Below are positions 1-13,365 of a stretch of 64,000 nt of DNA, in pieces. Within the stretch, counting starts at the first letter, position 1, and every line of letters starts with the position of its first letter. This DNA comes from Lobosporangium transversale (Eukaryota), in the NCBI RefSeq assembly GCF_002105155.1, contig NW_019028992.1, forward strand, positions 248,001-312,000. The letters run 5' to 3'. Made by a program: the position numbers and the translations under genes. The notes beneath the pieces were generated by a model. It made no database searches. It had not been told where the DNA came from and worked only from the letters and a program-made list of their open reading frames with translations.

Positions 1-150
1 TCCATTAACTCTGTAATAGCATTGAACAATCTCCTGAGTATCTTGCTTTTGTGACAGGAAACAGACGTTCGTGACCATCCTGAGTGACAGTCCATGTTTT
101 TTTCATGAATTCGAAGACTCCTTGTGTAGCTGGGGAGCAGACTTTTTTCC
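1..150 (-). pseudogene. Possible pogo/Tc5-like transposase HTH fragment (runs off the window edge)
   Basis: Minus-strand translation FEFMKK/HGLSLRMVTN (1-nt frameshift in a T7 run) resembles the CENP-B/Tc5 HTH motif F.KRHGLSLR..T. Short and weak. Confidence 0.3.
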
Positions 151-865
151 TATTGCTGTGGTTGTTTATATTTTTATTTTTACTTTATTTTTATTTTTAA
201 TTTATTTTAATTTTAATTTAACTTTTATTACATAATCTCGTGGACCCTCGTTATCAAAAAACTTAAATTTATTTAAAGTGAGAAAAATGAAAAGAAAAGA
301 GAGACGAAGGCGAGGAAGAGAGAAAAGAGGGAACTTTGGACGGCATTGAGGAATAAGATAATTGAGGGAACGGGCAGGCCATTCCCCTACGACATGCATG
401 ACTTAGCCAAAAAAAAAAAAAAAAAAAAATCCCGTAGAGCCCCCAGAAAGTCGTCAACAAATATTTTAAATTGAACGAGCCGGAGACCGTGGCTTCGCCA
501 CGGCCGGCTCTTGCCTCGTTAGAAAATTCAATGCTTAGCCTCGTAAGACAACAAAAAGAAACATTGTCTACAGCAGCAAAAGGTTTATATTTTGACATAG
601 GAATGAAGACAATAAACTCACGTAGGCCTTTGGCCTTTTACTACTGTAAAAATTATGTGTAAACTGCACGTTTTTTTTATTACAAAACTAAAATACAAAG
701 CTAAAATATAGTAGATAAAACGCAATAAAGTAGAATACAAAATATACAAAATAAAATACAGTCGAAACTACAATCAAGAGGGAGAATATCTGGTAATCAC
801 AACATTTGATAGATTAACGACGGCGAGGAGGTAACGCAGTAAATGACAATCAAAAGACAATGTGG

Positions 866-1580
866 CTATAAAGCATCTTTGAAGACAATGTTCCGTGTGT
901 ATGTTCCTAGCCTATCTCTTACCTTGCCGTTCGCGATAAGTACCTTAAGATTATTTGGGTCTGTACACCGTGACAAAGCAACGTAGAGATGACCATGACT
1001 GAAAACATCTTGAGGAAGATAAACACCAACATGTTTGAGTGTCTGTCCCTGGGACTTGTTGACGGTCATGGCGAAGGCAGGCTTGACTGGAAATTGTCGT
1101 CTGCAGAACATGATCGGAGAAGAATGATCATCAAGTGTCGTAAGCGGTATGCGAGGAATAAAGACACACTCTCCTTGAAATTGTCCTTTCATAATCTCGG
1201 CCTGGATCATTCTTGTGCCTAATGCACGTACAATCATGCGAGCACCATTACATAGTCCGCGCTTTGGGTTCAAATTGCGAAGAAGGATGACGGGCTGACC
1301 AACCTTTAACTCCAGTTTAAACGGAGGCAAGCCTGGCGGGGAGAGGTTGTTCAGGTATTCCACAGGATAGTGAGCCGTAGCTGCTGCTTCGGGGTCTTGA
1401 AGGCTATCTTAACCAATATAACTGACTGACTGCTGGGTGCTACAGAGCATACTGGTGGCTAGTTGATTCAGTTTATCGACATCCTCATTAAGGGAACTCA
1501 AGATAGCGCGCTCAATGAGCATCTCAGGAAGGAGTCTAGCATTTTCGATATCCGGAAATATCTGCTTAATGAGTAACTGA
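866..1580 (-). pseudogene. Helitron RepHel PIF1-type helicase C-terminal fragment (frameshifted near 1410)
   Basis: Motifs ERAILSSLNEDVDKLN, LKVGQPVILLRNLNPKRGLCNG, RRQFPVKPAFAMTVNKSQGQTL, FSHGHLYVALSR. No HUH Rep domain or Walker A present. Confidence 0.9.
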
Positions 1581-1728
1581 AGACTGATGTTACATAAAAT
1601 GCATATAATATGATATAGTACGAAAAAATTAAAAAAATTAAAAAAATTAAAAAAATTAAAAAAATAAAAAATAAAAAATAAAAAATAAAAAAAAAAAAAG
1701 GAAATAAAGAGAGAACAAAATGTAGCTC

Positions 1729-2253
1729 ACCTTCGCCTTTGCGTGGGTCTCTCATTTTCGATATCAAGGTCATGGTCAAAGCTTCGCTCGCGCACTGCTC
1801 CATGATTGGCTTCATTTGGATATGGCTGCTAAATCAATGGATCAATGGACAGTAATAATCCGTTATAAAGTCATATCGATGGCGAGGAAGAGTATGATTA
1901 TATGAAATATTTAAAGTACGTAGAGCCCACCTTTCAGCACTCGGACATGTACTTCGATTATGTCCTGGGCACTTGCAAGTGCTACACATATGCGGCCTTT
2001 GGGGCTGGCTAACAATATTTGCCCTTATATATATATGATGAGAATAAAATAATAGAGGGCTAAATAAATAAAATAAAAAACAAAATAAAATAAAAATAAA
2101 AATAATAACTTCTTTACCCTCTCGTGGGACCAAAACCTGCTCCAGGCGTGAAGCGGACGGAAGGTTTGTGCGAAGCTCAACACGCTCTGTTTTTTGAGGG
2201 CAGAGCCGCCTATCATGCTTTTCACTGTTGCACAGACTACAGGTGCGGACCAT
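1729..2253 (-). pseudogene. N-terminal exons of the Helitron protein with two CCHC zinc-knuckle-like motifs
   Basis: CSLCNSEKHDRRLC and CSTCKCPGHNRSTC separated by an AT-rich intron-like stretch; GTGAGC donor near 1729. Confidence 0.5.
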
Positions 2254-3684
2254 GTGTTTATGAAATCTAGGTGCTGAGAGAAAAATTCAAATTGACAATA
2301 TTGTAATTGTATTGGGTGAAAAAGACAGAAAAGGCGCTGCCTGCCTACTATATCCTCTACCACATTTAGTTTTGACATTTTTATTCTATTTCACCGCCAG
2401 AAATAAAAACTGGTCAAAATGAGAATGATTTTCATTTGACCAGTCATTATGGATTCTCCTGCGGGGGCTGGCTGCTCCAGAGAAGGACAAATACACTTAT
2501 ATTGAGAAGAGCAGCCGATGTTCAAGCATTCCCTGCAGCCAATCTCAGCTGCAATCCCAGTTTTTCTTGCCTTTCTTTCTTCAAGTTTTCTTTCCTCCTC
2601 TTCACTCTCACTCTTTTTCTCTTCTTTCTCCTCTTGTTCGAGTAAAGCAAGCAGGGTGTATTCGTCGATGGAGCTGTAGAACCCATCATACAACCCTTTA
2701 CTGCCTGTTGGCTTTGTATTAGTTCCTCTTCAGCGCCTACGGGTCGTTCTTTGATACGTTGCACAGCCCGCCGAGCTCGTCGTGCTTGGATAATATGTTG
2801 TACACCCGATGGATTTGGTGAAGTTGTGGAACGTGTAGAACGTGTGGAGTTTGTGGAGCGTGCGGAGCGTGTGGCAAAAAATCAAATTAAAAAATTTAGG
2901 TTCGGAGGTGGAGAGATTGAGGAAGCCAATTATCAAAGAAGCTTCATGATACATGCTTTTTTTTTTTGTTTCATCGTTTATTTTGTTTCTCTTTTGTTTA
3001 TTTTTGTTTCATCGTATCCCACCAGTCACTTCGCCTTTTTAAAGTCACCTTTTTTGGCTGTCACATAATTTTTTGTAATATTTTAATATAAGAGATAAGA
3101 GATTTTAATATAAGAGATAAAATAACCTCCATTTCAGACAATAAGCCACCGAATCAATCCAGCCATTGTATCTGATTCAAAGGCAGATCCTAAAAATATA
3201 TATTTTGGCCAAAGACTTTCTGACGAGAACTCAAATAAATTCCATGACTCTGAGGGTCCTTGTTATCAGAAAAAAAAAACTTTCTGGCGAGAACTCAAGG
3301 TAAACAATTTCATGCACCTAATTGTCATTGATTTTTCTTTAAGCTTATCTTGATAAATTGTTATATATATGCGAGCGACTCTCACGCTGGCGAAGGAGCA
3401 GGTTCAATAGCCGGTTTGGATGGCATGATGGTTATGTCAGGGTACCAGGCTAGTTTAAGCTTGATGCTCTATTTACGTATACAAAATACGACTTCAAGGA
3501 GGACTCTAGGCGAGATTTCGTTGGTGGACTGAGGTTGTCAAATACCCCACAGGAGTGTGCTGTAAATAGAGTTGCTTGTTCTTTGATTTTCCTAATGACT
3601 TCCATTTTTCTCATGAGCTCCTCGATCCTAATGTCCCGGCATCTAATATGATGTTCTGCAAATGATCCTTCTATATATCGCCAA

Positions 3685-3856
3685 TTTCATTTGGTCATGA
3701 TACCTTATATTTTTAATCTAAAAACGATGATTGAATTGTTCTGGTGGCATTTCACTACGTGACGGACTTGCAACAATACTCGCAACAAGCGAGCCAATTG
3801 GCTGCCAATACACTCGAAAGTATTCAAAAAATATAAGGTATCATGACCAAATGAAA
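3685..3856. repeat. MITE-like inverted repeat
   Basis: 30-bp perfect inverted repeat TTTCATTTGGTCATGATACCTTATATTTTT at 3685-3714 and 3827-3856. No clear TSD. Confidence 0.6.
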
Positions 3857-3931
3857 CGGGCTAAATGTTTTTTTTTTTTTTTTTTTTTCACAAAATAAAG
3901 TTCAAAAACAGCGCTACAGTTTCTGCTGTAA

Positions 3932-6900
3932 CCCTAGAAACCCCACGTATTGTAAACATTATTTGTAGTTTCAACTGGCCCTTAGTTTCTTAATTTGTCT
4001 AGGAGATAGGAATGCATTAGAAATTGTTCAAAATATAAACAGGTTTTTTTTCGATCCACCCCTTTAAATATCTAGTATATTGCTTCGTCCTGATCTTGAA
4101 CTATTTCTTCATTCCTTCTATACCTTCACCTTTCTTCACTATTTTATCCTTGCTTCGGTCATGGCTTACTATAGCGGACTACGAGCCTCCTGTCTCTACC
4201 CCGAGATCACTATCCCAACCCTTGGCACAGTCAGAGGAACGCTCGACAAAACAGGTCAAGTAGCCAAGTTCTTGAATGTGCCTGTAGCTACTGTACCTGA
4301 GAGATGGCGTCCTGCTGTCAAAGCACAGTCATGGCAAGGTGTCCGTGATGCTACTACACCAGGGTAAGGAGCCGTGCTTTGGATGAAGGGATCAATGGTA
4401 TAGGGGTCACCTACCGCGCGATGAAATGAGCGTATCGGTGGCTAATACAAATACCTAATTTCGAAAAAAAAATAAAAAAAAAAAATAGCCCACTATCACC
4501 ACAAGAAACCAAGACCAAGGCTGCTATCTTCAGTGGAAATCCTTCGAAAATGGACTACAATACACATATGGATGAATATGACTGCCTTGGCTGTAATGTC
4601 TATATGCCTGCCATTGCCACCGCTGAAGATGCAGATCTGCCAGTGATTGTTTGGGCCTTTGGAGGTGGCTTTAAGAACGGAGGAGTATCATGTCCAATTT
4701 TTGGTAATTTAATGAACCAAACTGTCGACTGAGGAGAGAATGCTGATGTATGAAGGACATTCCCACCTTTACTTACTGAAGCTAATGCTTAATACTCTTA
4801 ATATGCTATATCTATATAGATTGCACTCCAATCGTCATAAACGCAATTGAGCTACAAAAGCCTGTTGTGATAGTCAGTCTCAACTATCGTATTAACTACT
4901 TTGGTTTCCTCACCTCTAAAGAGATGGTCCTTGATGCTCAGCAATATGCTTCTTCTATTCCACCACAGCTTCGTACTTGGTACCACAACTCTGTTGGCAA
5001 TTGGGGGCTCTTGGATCTGATCATGGGTCTGGAGTGGGTTCAAGAACATATTAGTGCTTTCTCTGGTAATCCAAAGAGAGTGACTCTGATGGGTCAATCC
5101 GCAGGCTCTACAGCTGCATCCTATTTCAATATGCTCCCTCAATGTCATGGCCTGTACCAGCGTGCGATCATGCAATCTGGTGGAGTATCAATGCTGCCAG
5201 CTGTACGTCCTGAGTATGAAGGCCAATGTGTGTTTGATCATCTGTGCAGGTCGCTTCAGATGCCAGATGATCTAGAGCCATTGGAGAAGGTAGCATGGCT
5301 ACGTGCAGTGCCTGCAGATGTCATTGCAGAGCTGCTGAATGATACTCCGTTAGTCTTCTTCAGGCCCTCAATCGATGGTATTATCTGTAAGGAGAACGCA
5401 CAACTAGATGTATGTGACTTTAGGAAATATAATCCAAACCTGGAGTGGGTCTTAACAGGAACCTGTACCAATGAAGGTAAGTTATTGCTTTTAACCATGA
5501 CTCTTATACTGTCTGCAAATCTCCCATCATGCACATTAGCTCCTGATGTGCCTTTCACTCATCCTCTATTTTTATTCTTTTTATAAAAAAAAAAAAAAAA
5601 AAACAGCTTCCATATTCTTGAAAACATGCGGTGCAACTACAATAGCGGATTTTTCATTTTTTAAGGAGCGCATCTGTCCTCCAGCCGATTATCATCTTTT
5701 TGATCAGCTATTTGGGGTCCCTGCGACAAACAAAGAGGTCATGGCGACCGTCGTCAATACTTTGTCATCCTACAATTTTGAATATCCAGTCTATCAGGTC
5801 TGTGAAGCCATCGCTACTCATCCGTCATGTCATTTGACCCAGTATCGTTTCGAAAGAGGAGTTGAAAAGCTGGGTAAGGTGATGCCAGGCCTTGGCATTT
5901 TTCATGGAACAGACCTTTTCTTCACATTTGGCAACAACTCGCATACACAGAGGATCCTTAATGAAGACGAAAGGACCTTTGCAAAGAAAGTTCAAGCTGT
6001 GTGGATCGAGTTTGCAACTGCCAGTTCTCCTGAGGAGTCATACTTGCCGAAAATGCCTCAATTGACTGGCCCTACTACTTCCGATACAACGATAACCTGC
6101 GGTGGTCTTGAAGACCAAAAGAAGAGTGAAGCCATCTTGTTCTCAAAGTCACTAGAAGTTGTCAGGACCTCAATCTCACCTATGACCATGATGTCCGACG
6201 CTGAGATCGACTTTTGCCGAAGAGCACATGCCTTTGCTGCAGAGATGGCTAGATGTGGCAAGGGAATGGGTTTTGGCTCTCCTCCGGTATTTGATATTTG
6301 CACAATCATTGGGACTGATGGCACTGTACCACGTCCACTAACCCAGTCTCGACCATCATCAGTACCATCAACACCACCATCGTTATCACTGTCATCTTCT
6401 AAGGCAGAACCGGAACATAGGAGTTTAATGAGGACAGTAGCGCGCCTCTGATGAACTATACACAATCGAGATACAGAGATCTTTGTAAATAGAAAATGAA
6501 CTCCTTGTAAATAGAAAATGACCCGTAAAGGCGCTAATAAAAAGCTGAAAGCTGTGTCGCAAACAAGAAGTGAGGGAAGCAAGCTAGGGGGCCTATGTTC
6601 CACCTCTATCTTTATAATGATATCAGTGGTGTCTCCTAGAGCCGCGCAGAGCGATATAGAGGTACATTAACCAGTTAATGTCGCGTATCTGTCAGGTCTG
6701 GTTTTTTTTTTAAACTCGAACGGAGAAGCAAATTGGTTATCCGAAGTGCTTATTTCTTCATTTACGTCATCAAGTTTTATATTTCATAGAAACTGCCTAT
6801 ATGCCTTGTGTCGCATGATTTGTATAGATGTGGTGGGTGTGTGCATGGTCCCTTGATCAGAAAAAGCGCTTGATACCAAAGGGTTCGGAATGCTTTGATT

Positions 6901-7015
6901 AGAAAGAAGGGCTTGAAGGAATATCTGAAGGGCAGAAGGAAAAATAAAACAAGTAAAAAATAAAGAGCTAACTATAGGATGTGGTCCTCGACATACTTGG
7001 TATCACTACCATAAA
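3932..7015 (+). repeat. Direct duplication, copy 1 (about 3.08 kb; copy 2 at +6350)
   Basis: No differences seen by eye versus 10282-13365; the ORF tracks are identical. Confidence 0.95.
4161..6451 (+). CDS. Type-B carboxylesterase/lipase (alpha/beta hydrolase), copy 1; exons 4161-4363, 4489-4703, 4820-5476, 5607-6451
   Basis: GT-AG introns join in frame. Motifs DEYDCL, FGGGF, VSLNYR, GNWGLLD, nucleophile GQSAG, acid TNE, histidine FHGTDL. Confidence 0.93.
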
Positions 7016-7826
7016 TGACAAATTGGCAGTTTGGCCAAAATAACACCGAGTGCCGTAACTTTCCAGGGAATAACGATTGTTTTATCTAGTATATTTGAAG
7101 AAAGAAACCTTTGATTTGCCATCTCTCGGAATTCTTCATCCAACCAAATAAACCCCCCCAGCTCCTATGTAGTCATTATTATTCCTGTTATTTCCATCAT
7201 TACCATACTTCGCACGTGTTCAGAAGTCCTCAAGCAATTTTTCCGTCTTCAACGCGAACAGAGATGGTGTCTATGTCATAGATGATTATATTTCGCGTTG
7301 AGGGGAGGGGAGGGGGATTGCCACTCGATGGCCTGGTTTCAATAAAGGCCGATGACATCTGAAGCGGGATCTGTCCCTGGAATAGGGATTGCCTCTTAAC
7401 TATCCGATTTGGAATATCAATTTCAATATAAGTTCATCGACGGCTCGGTTCCGGTATATTCTTTTGCAATAGTGTTAGAAAGGCTCGAGATCGCCTAGGA
7501 GCTTGGCTGGCAAGTTTTCATTAAGGACAAAGGATGGTCTTCTCGAGAGCGGTGTACATGCCACATTATAGAAGAGTATGAGCGGCTCAGCTCCGAATCT
7601 CCAGTTCAGCAGGAACTATAAAGGTCTCAACTCTAATGGATTTCTCATTCTTGAACACTCTTCCATTTCAGAAGAGAGGATGGGACGAGAAGGCTTCCTA
7701 CTACATAGAGGCAACGATGGCTGTCTCAGTCACCCCAAAGAATTATCAAGATATAGGAATAACGTGAGGGCCAGGAACAGTCGACCCTCTCTCAGTGCAA
7801 GGCTCTGGGCGTACCTTTTGTGTTGC

Positions 7827-7861
<35 letters not shown>

Positions 7862-8049
7862 TTTTAGTGTGTATAATATTTCTATATCTCCATCACTCCA
7901 CCAGAATAAAGCAAAGCTAGAAAAGAACCAGTTAACCGAGAAAAATAACCTCACAGGCAAGGCAAAAATTAGAATACATTTAAAATATATTGATGTTAGA
8001 GATCGAGGGCAGGTTAGCCGGGCAAAGAGAGTTCAGCTTCAGCTTTCTT

Positions 8050-8521
8050 TTTTTTCTAGCTGCTTGATGACCTGATCCAAAGCAATGTCAATACCGTGGA
8101 CACAGGCATGGTGACATTTCCAGTTTGTTGTTAGGATGATACTAAGGAGTAAGAAGGTAGGTAAATCGCTGAGTGGATTGATCTTCGTCAGGTTGGAATA
8201 GAACAGCGATTCTAGTAGGAAGGCTCACCAACCGTTTTCTCTGACAAATTTTTTCATTGTAACTTGCCACACTTCTAGCTTTTTAGGAGAGCTGAAGAGC
8301 AGGTGTCATTCCATCTCAGGGAACTTCCTACATATTAGGCAATTTAGACAAGTTACAGGGAACTTATCAGGCATGTACCGATGGAGGCAAACACCGAAGG
8401 GAAGTTTGTCAGTGAGTAATCTCCACCACACATTTCTTTTGCGTTGCACTTAGAAAGTGGTTGTATTTGAGTCCCACCCAAACCATCCGACCCTATCCTT
8501 CTTTAGTATAACCATGTCAAC
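8050..8521 (-). pseudogene. Decayed LINE ORF2 C-terminus (zf-RVT-like)
   Basis: Minus translation RNVWWRLLTDKLP...LHRYMP...CLICRKFPEME*HLLFSSPKKLEVW with stops. The T-run at about 7829-7860 may be its poly-A tail. Confidence 0.65.
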
Positions 8522-8523
8522 TA

Positions 8524-9767
8524 TAGTGCCGTTCATCTAGTCACGAATAAAATTAGGGAAAAACCTTAATTTGTTGCGTTTTGGGGTCGTCGCAGCCACA
8601 TTGTTTATGAAGTGCTAATGGCCACCAAGTTGGTGTACATCAATCATCACTTATACAACTGCAGCATATCGAAGATACAATGGGTGCTTTAAATAAAACA
8701 AAGAGACACTTGCGCGATGCTCGCAAAAAAAAAAAGCAAAGCGCAGAGCTATCGAAGCAGCACAGAATTTGCAGATGGAAATCGTAGATGACTCAGTTGT
8801 TGTAGAGCTTAGCAGCGTTGAACTCGGGGAGGATTTAGTCAAACCTCAGCATATTCAGGACTGGGATGATATAAAGAACGATCCAGGGACTGAGGGAGAG
8901 TTGGGGGATGAGACAGAAGAGGAAGATTGGATTATGAGGGTGTGCTCCAACAACGATTTCTGGCAGAAACTGCAGCCCCAGATGCAAGAAGCAGCCAAAG
9001 CAGTGAAGACCACAAAAGCATATGCAGGAACTTCTCGATCTGCAATTTTCCGCAAGAATCAAAGACTTAAAACGGCTGCCATGGGCACACCATCTCTCAC
9101 TTCAATTGGCTTTATTGGGATATCAAAGGAGCCTGCAGAGAGTTCTACCAATAACCATAATCAGCAACAAAGTATGTATAAATCGTTTCAAATTTATCAT
9201 TCTGAACTTTTTTTTATTTTTTTATTGGCGAATACAATCAAAAGCATAGATTTATTTGGTATTATTGAAGCAATATCTCTTTTCCCAAAGGCTTTAAGCT
9301 CAGTGGACATCATCACCATTCGAAAATACGCAAGGAAGTGCTTTCGATATATGGACGCATATCGAAAAAATATGTCTGGCCAAGTTGCTGAGCAACAAGT
9401 GAAAAAATATAGGTCTCATCGACGTATCCCAGCAAATTGGGGATTTAAAATTACAGTCCACTGAATAGTTTTTATATGTATCACACCCTTTATTGATGTC
9501 ATAACAAATAAAGTTTAGCCAATCATATTTCGAGATTTATGTAGCGTTTTGCCCCTCACATATGAAAATGGTTCATTTTTTTTTGATGGTAGCTCAAGAA
9601 GAAGAAGTCATATCGACAAAAACCCTCTATTTTACCAAAGAGAAATGGCAAGTGAAGAAGAATTTAGAGCTACTTTTTACCTGAGATTGATAACTGGGGT
9701 GTTGCTCCTCTTCTCCCTCAGGCCAAATTTTTCTGAAAAAATTTTCGTGACTAGATGAACGGCACTG
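8524..9767 (+). mobile_element. Tc1/mariner (IS630-like) non-autonomous element with internal deletion
   Basis: 24-bp TIR (C/T)AGTGCCGTTCATCTAGTCACGAA; TA TSD at 8522-8523 and 9768-9769. Residual ORF 8769-9464 ends IRKYARKCFRYMDAYRKNMSG...KKYRSHRRIP; no DDE core. Confidence 0.88.
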
Positions 9768-10281
9768 TATAAAGTAAAAGTGTAATTGAGTTGAGTCAAA
9801 CTGAATTAAGGAAGGCTGGGTCAACCTTCCATAAATAATCGAGAGGAAGTGTCGTCTCTGTAAAAGTGGAAGATTATATAGTAAAGCTTAAAAATGGGCG
9901 GAAGGAGTTGTCACAGTTAGCACTTTGACAGAGTTGATCGTAGTTGCTTGCTCTTTTGCCTTCCTAGTTACTTTACACCTCATGAGATCCTCAAATCCCT
10001 GTATCTTGGCACCTATAGTCGGTCATACCTATAATAAATTTGAAAAACCAATTCTTCTGTAAAATATCCAATTCAAGAATAACCATATTTAAGCGAAGAC
10101 AGGTCAAACATCGCATAAACTGGTCCTTCAAAACATGACGATTCACAAATTATCCTTCTTTGTTGCGTCAAGCAAAAGAAATTCAAAGACAATAACCACA
10201 AGAGGTGCGCGACTGGATACGATTGAGAGGCTACTTTTTGCCGTTCTTGATTTTACCCAGGGCTTGCGGCCCCTGCTGCAG

Positions 10282-13200
10282 CCCTAGAAACCCCACGTAT
10301 TGTAAACATTATTTGTAGTTTCAACTGGCCCTTAGTTTCTTAATTTGTCTAGGAGATAGGAATGCATTAGAAATTGTTCAAAATATAAACAGGTTTTTTT
10401 TCGATCCACCCCTTTAAATATCTAGTATATTGCTTCGTCCTGATCTTGAACTATTTCTTCATTCCTTCTATACCTTCACCTTTCTTCACTATTTTATCCT
10501 TGCTTCGGTCATGGCTTACTATAGCGGACTACGAGCCTCCTGTCTCTACCCCGAGATCACTATCCCAACCCTTGGCACAGTCAGAGGAACGCTCGACAAA
10601 ACAGGTCAAGTAGCCAAGTTCTTGAATGTGCCTGTAGCTACTGTACCTGAGAGATGGCGTCCTGCTGTCAAAGCACAGTCATGGCAAGGTGTCCGTGATG
10701 CTACTACACCAGGGTAAGGAGCCGTGCTTTGGATGAAGGGATCAATGGTATAGGGGTCACCTACCGCGCGATGAAATGAGCGTATCGGTGGCTAATACAA
10801 ATACCTAATTTCGAAAAAAAAATAAAAAAAAAAAATAGCCCACTATCACCACAAGAAACCAAGACCAAGGCTGCTATCTTCAGTGGAAATCCTTCGAAAA
10901 TGGACTACAATACACATATGGATGAATATGACTGCCTTGGCTGTAATGTCTATATGCCTGCCATTGCCACCGCTGAAGATGCAGATCTGCCAGTGATTGT
11001 TTGGGCCTTTGGAGGTGGCTTTAAGAACGGAGGAGTATCATGTCCAATTTTTGGTAATTTAATGAACCAAACTGTCGACTGAGGAGAGAATGCTGATGTA
11101 TGAAGGACATTCCCACCTTTACTTACTGAAGCTAATGCTTAATACTCTTAATATGCTATATCTATATAGATTGCACTCCAATCGTCATAAACGCAATTGA
11201 GCTACAAAAGCCTGTTGTGATAGTCAGTCTCAACTATCGTATTAACTACTTTGGTTTCCTCACCTCTAAAGAGATGGTCCTTGATGCTCAGCAATATGCT
11301 TCTTCTATTCCACCACAGCTTCGTACTTGGTACCACAACTCTGTTGGCAATTGGGGGCTCTTGGATCTGATCATGGGTCTGGAGTGGGTTCAAGAACATA
11401 TTAGTGCTTTCTCTGGTAATCCAAAGAGAGTGACTCTGATGGGTCAATCCGCAGGCTCTACAGCTGCATCCTATTTCAATATGCTCCCTCAATGTCATGG
11501 CCTGTACCAGCGTGCGATCATGCAATCTGGTGGAGTATCAATGCTGCCAGCTGTACGTCCTGAGTATGAAGGCCAATGTGTGTTTGATCATCTGTGCAGG
11601 TCGCTTCAGATGCCAGATGATCTAGAGCCATTGGAGAAGGTAGCATGGCTACGTGCAGTGCCTGCAGATGTCATTGCAGAGCTGCTGAATGATACTCCGT
11701 TAGTCTTCTTCAGGCCCTCAATCGATGGTATTATCTGTAAGGAGAACGCACAACTAGATGTATGTGACTTTAGGAAATATAATCCAAACCTGGAGTGGGT
11801 CTTAACAGGAACCTGTACCAATGAAGGTAAGTTATTGCTTTTAACCATGACTCTTATACTGTCTGCAAATCTCCCATCATGCACATTAGCTCCTGATGTG
11901 CCTTTCACTCATCCTCTATTTTTATTCTTTTTATAAAAAAAAAAAAAAAAAAACAGCTTCCATATTCTTGAAAACATGCGGTGCAACTACAATAGCGGAT
12001 TTTTCATTTTTTAAGGAGCGCATCTGTCCTCCAGCCGATTATCATCTTTTTGATCAGCTATTTGGGGTCCCTGCGACAAACAAAGAGGTCATGGCGACCG
12101 TCGTCAATACTTTGTCATCCTACAATTTTGAATATCCAGTCTATCAGGTCTGTGAAGCCATCGCTACTCATCCGTCATGTCATTTGACCCAGTATCGTTT
12201 CGAAAGAGGAGTTGAAAAGCTGGGTAAGGTGATGCCAGGCCTTGGCATTTTTCATGGAACAGACCTTTTCTTCACATTTGGCAACAACTCGCATACACAG
12301 AGGATCCTTAATGAAGACGAAAGGACCTTTGCAAAGAAAGTTCAAGCTGTGTGGATCGAGTTTGCAACTGCCAGTTCTCCTGAGGAGTCATACTTGCCGA
12401 AAATGCCTCAATTGACTGGCCCTACTACTTCCGATACAACGATAACCTGCGGTGGTCTTGAAGACCAAAAGAAGAGTGAAGCCATCTTGTTCTCAAAGTC
12501 ACTAGAAGTTGTCAGGACCTCAATCTCACCTATGACCATGATGTCCGACGCTGAGATCGACTTTTGCCGAAGAGCACATGCCTTTGCTGCAGAGATGGCT
12601 AGATGTGGCAAGGGAATGGGTTTTGGCTCTCCTCCGGTATTTGATATTTGCACAATCATTGGGACTGATGGCACTGTACCACGTCCACTAACCCAGTCTC
12701 GACCATCATCAGTACCATCAACACCACCATCGTTATCACTGTCATCTTCTAAGGCAGAACCGGAACATAGGAGTTTAATGAGGACAGTAGCGCGCCTCTG
12801 ATGAACTATACACAATCGAGATACAGAGATCTTTGTAAATAGAAAATGAACTCCTTGTAAATAGAAAATGACCCGTAAAGGCGCTAATAAAAAGCTGAAA
12901 GCTGTGTCGCAAACAAGAAGTGAGGGAAGCAAGCTAGGGGGCCTATGTTCCACCTCTATCTTTATAATGATATCAGTGGTGTCTCCTAGAGCCGCGCAGA
13001 GCGATATAGAGGTACATTAACCAGTTAATGTCGCGTATCTGTCAGGTCTGGTTTTTTTTTTAAACTCGAACGGAGAAGCAAATTGGTTATCCGAAGTGCT
13101 TATTTCTTCATTTACGTCATCAAGTTTTATATTTCATAGAAACTGCCTATATGCCTTGTGTCGCATGATTTGTATAGATGTGGTGGGTGTGTGCATGGTC

Positions 13201-13365
13201 CCTTGATCAGAAAAAGCGCTTGATACCAAAGGGTTCGGAATGCTTTGATTAGAAAGAAGGGCTTGAAGGAATATCTGAAGGGCAGAAGGAAAAATAAAAC
13301 AAGTAAAAAATAAAGAGCTAACTATAGGATGTGGTCCTCGACATACTTGGTATCACTACCATAAA
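10282..13365 (+). repeat. Direct duplication, copy 2
   Basis: Matches 3932-7015. Confidence 0.95.
10511..12801 (+). CDS. Type-B carboxylesterase/lipase, copy 2 (4 exons, same as copy 1)
   Basis: Same sequence and exon structure as 4161-6451, shifted by 6350. Confidence 0.92.

Larger units (their letters stand above)
476..3117 (-). mobile_element. Helitron, internally deleted (non-autonomous)
   Basis: 5' end A|TCTCTTATATTAAAA at 3117 (unit repeated, alternative start 3102). 3' hairpin CCGTGGC-GAA-GCCACGG (487-503), then 7 nt and CTCG|T at 479-476. A|T insertion site. Carries a PIF1-helicase C-terminus. Confidence 0.85.

Noticed and set aside
7300..7700. Possible further decayed nuclease/TE coding fragment on the minus strand (also 47950-48360)
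   Set aside because: Many stops and no motif strong enough to name.
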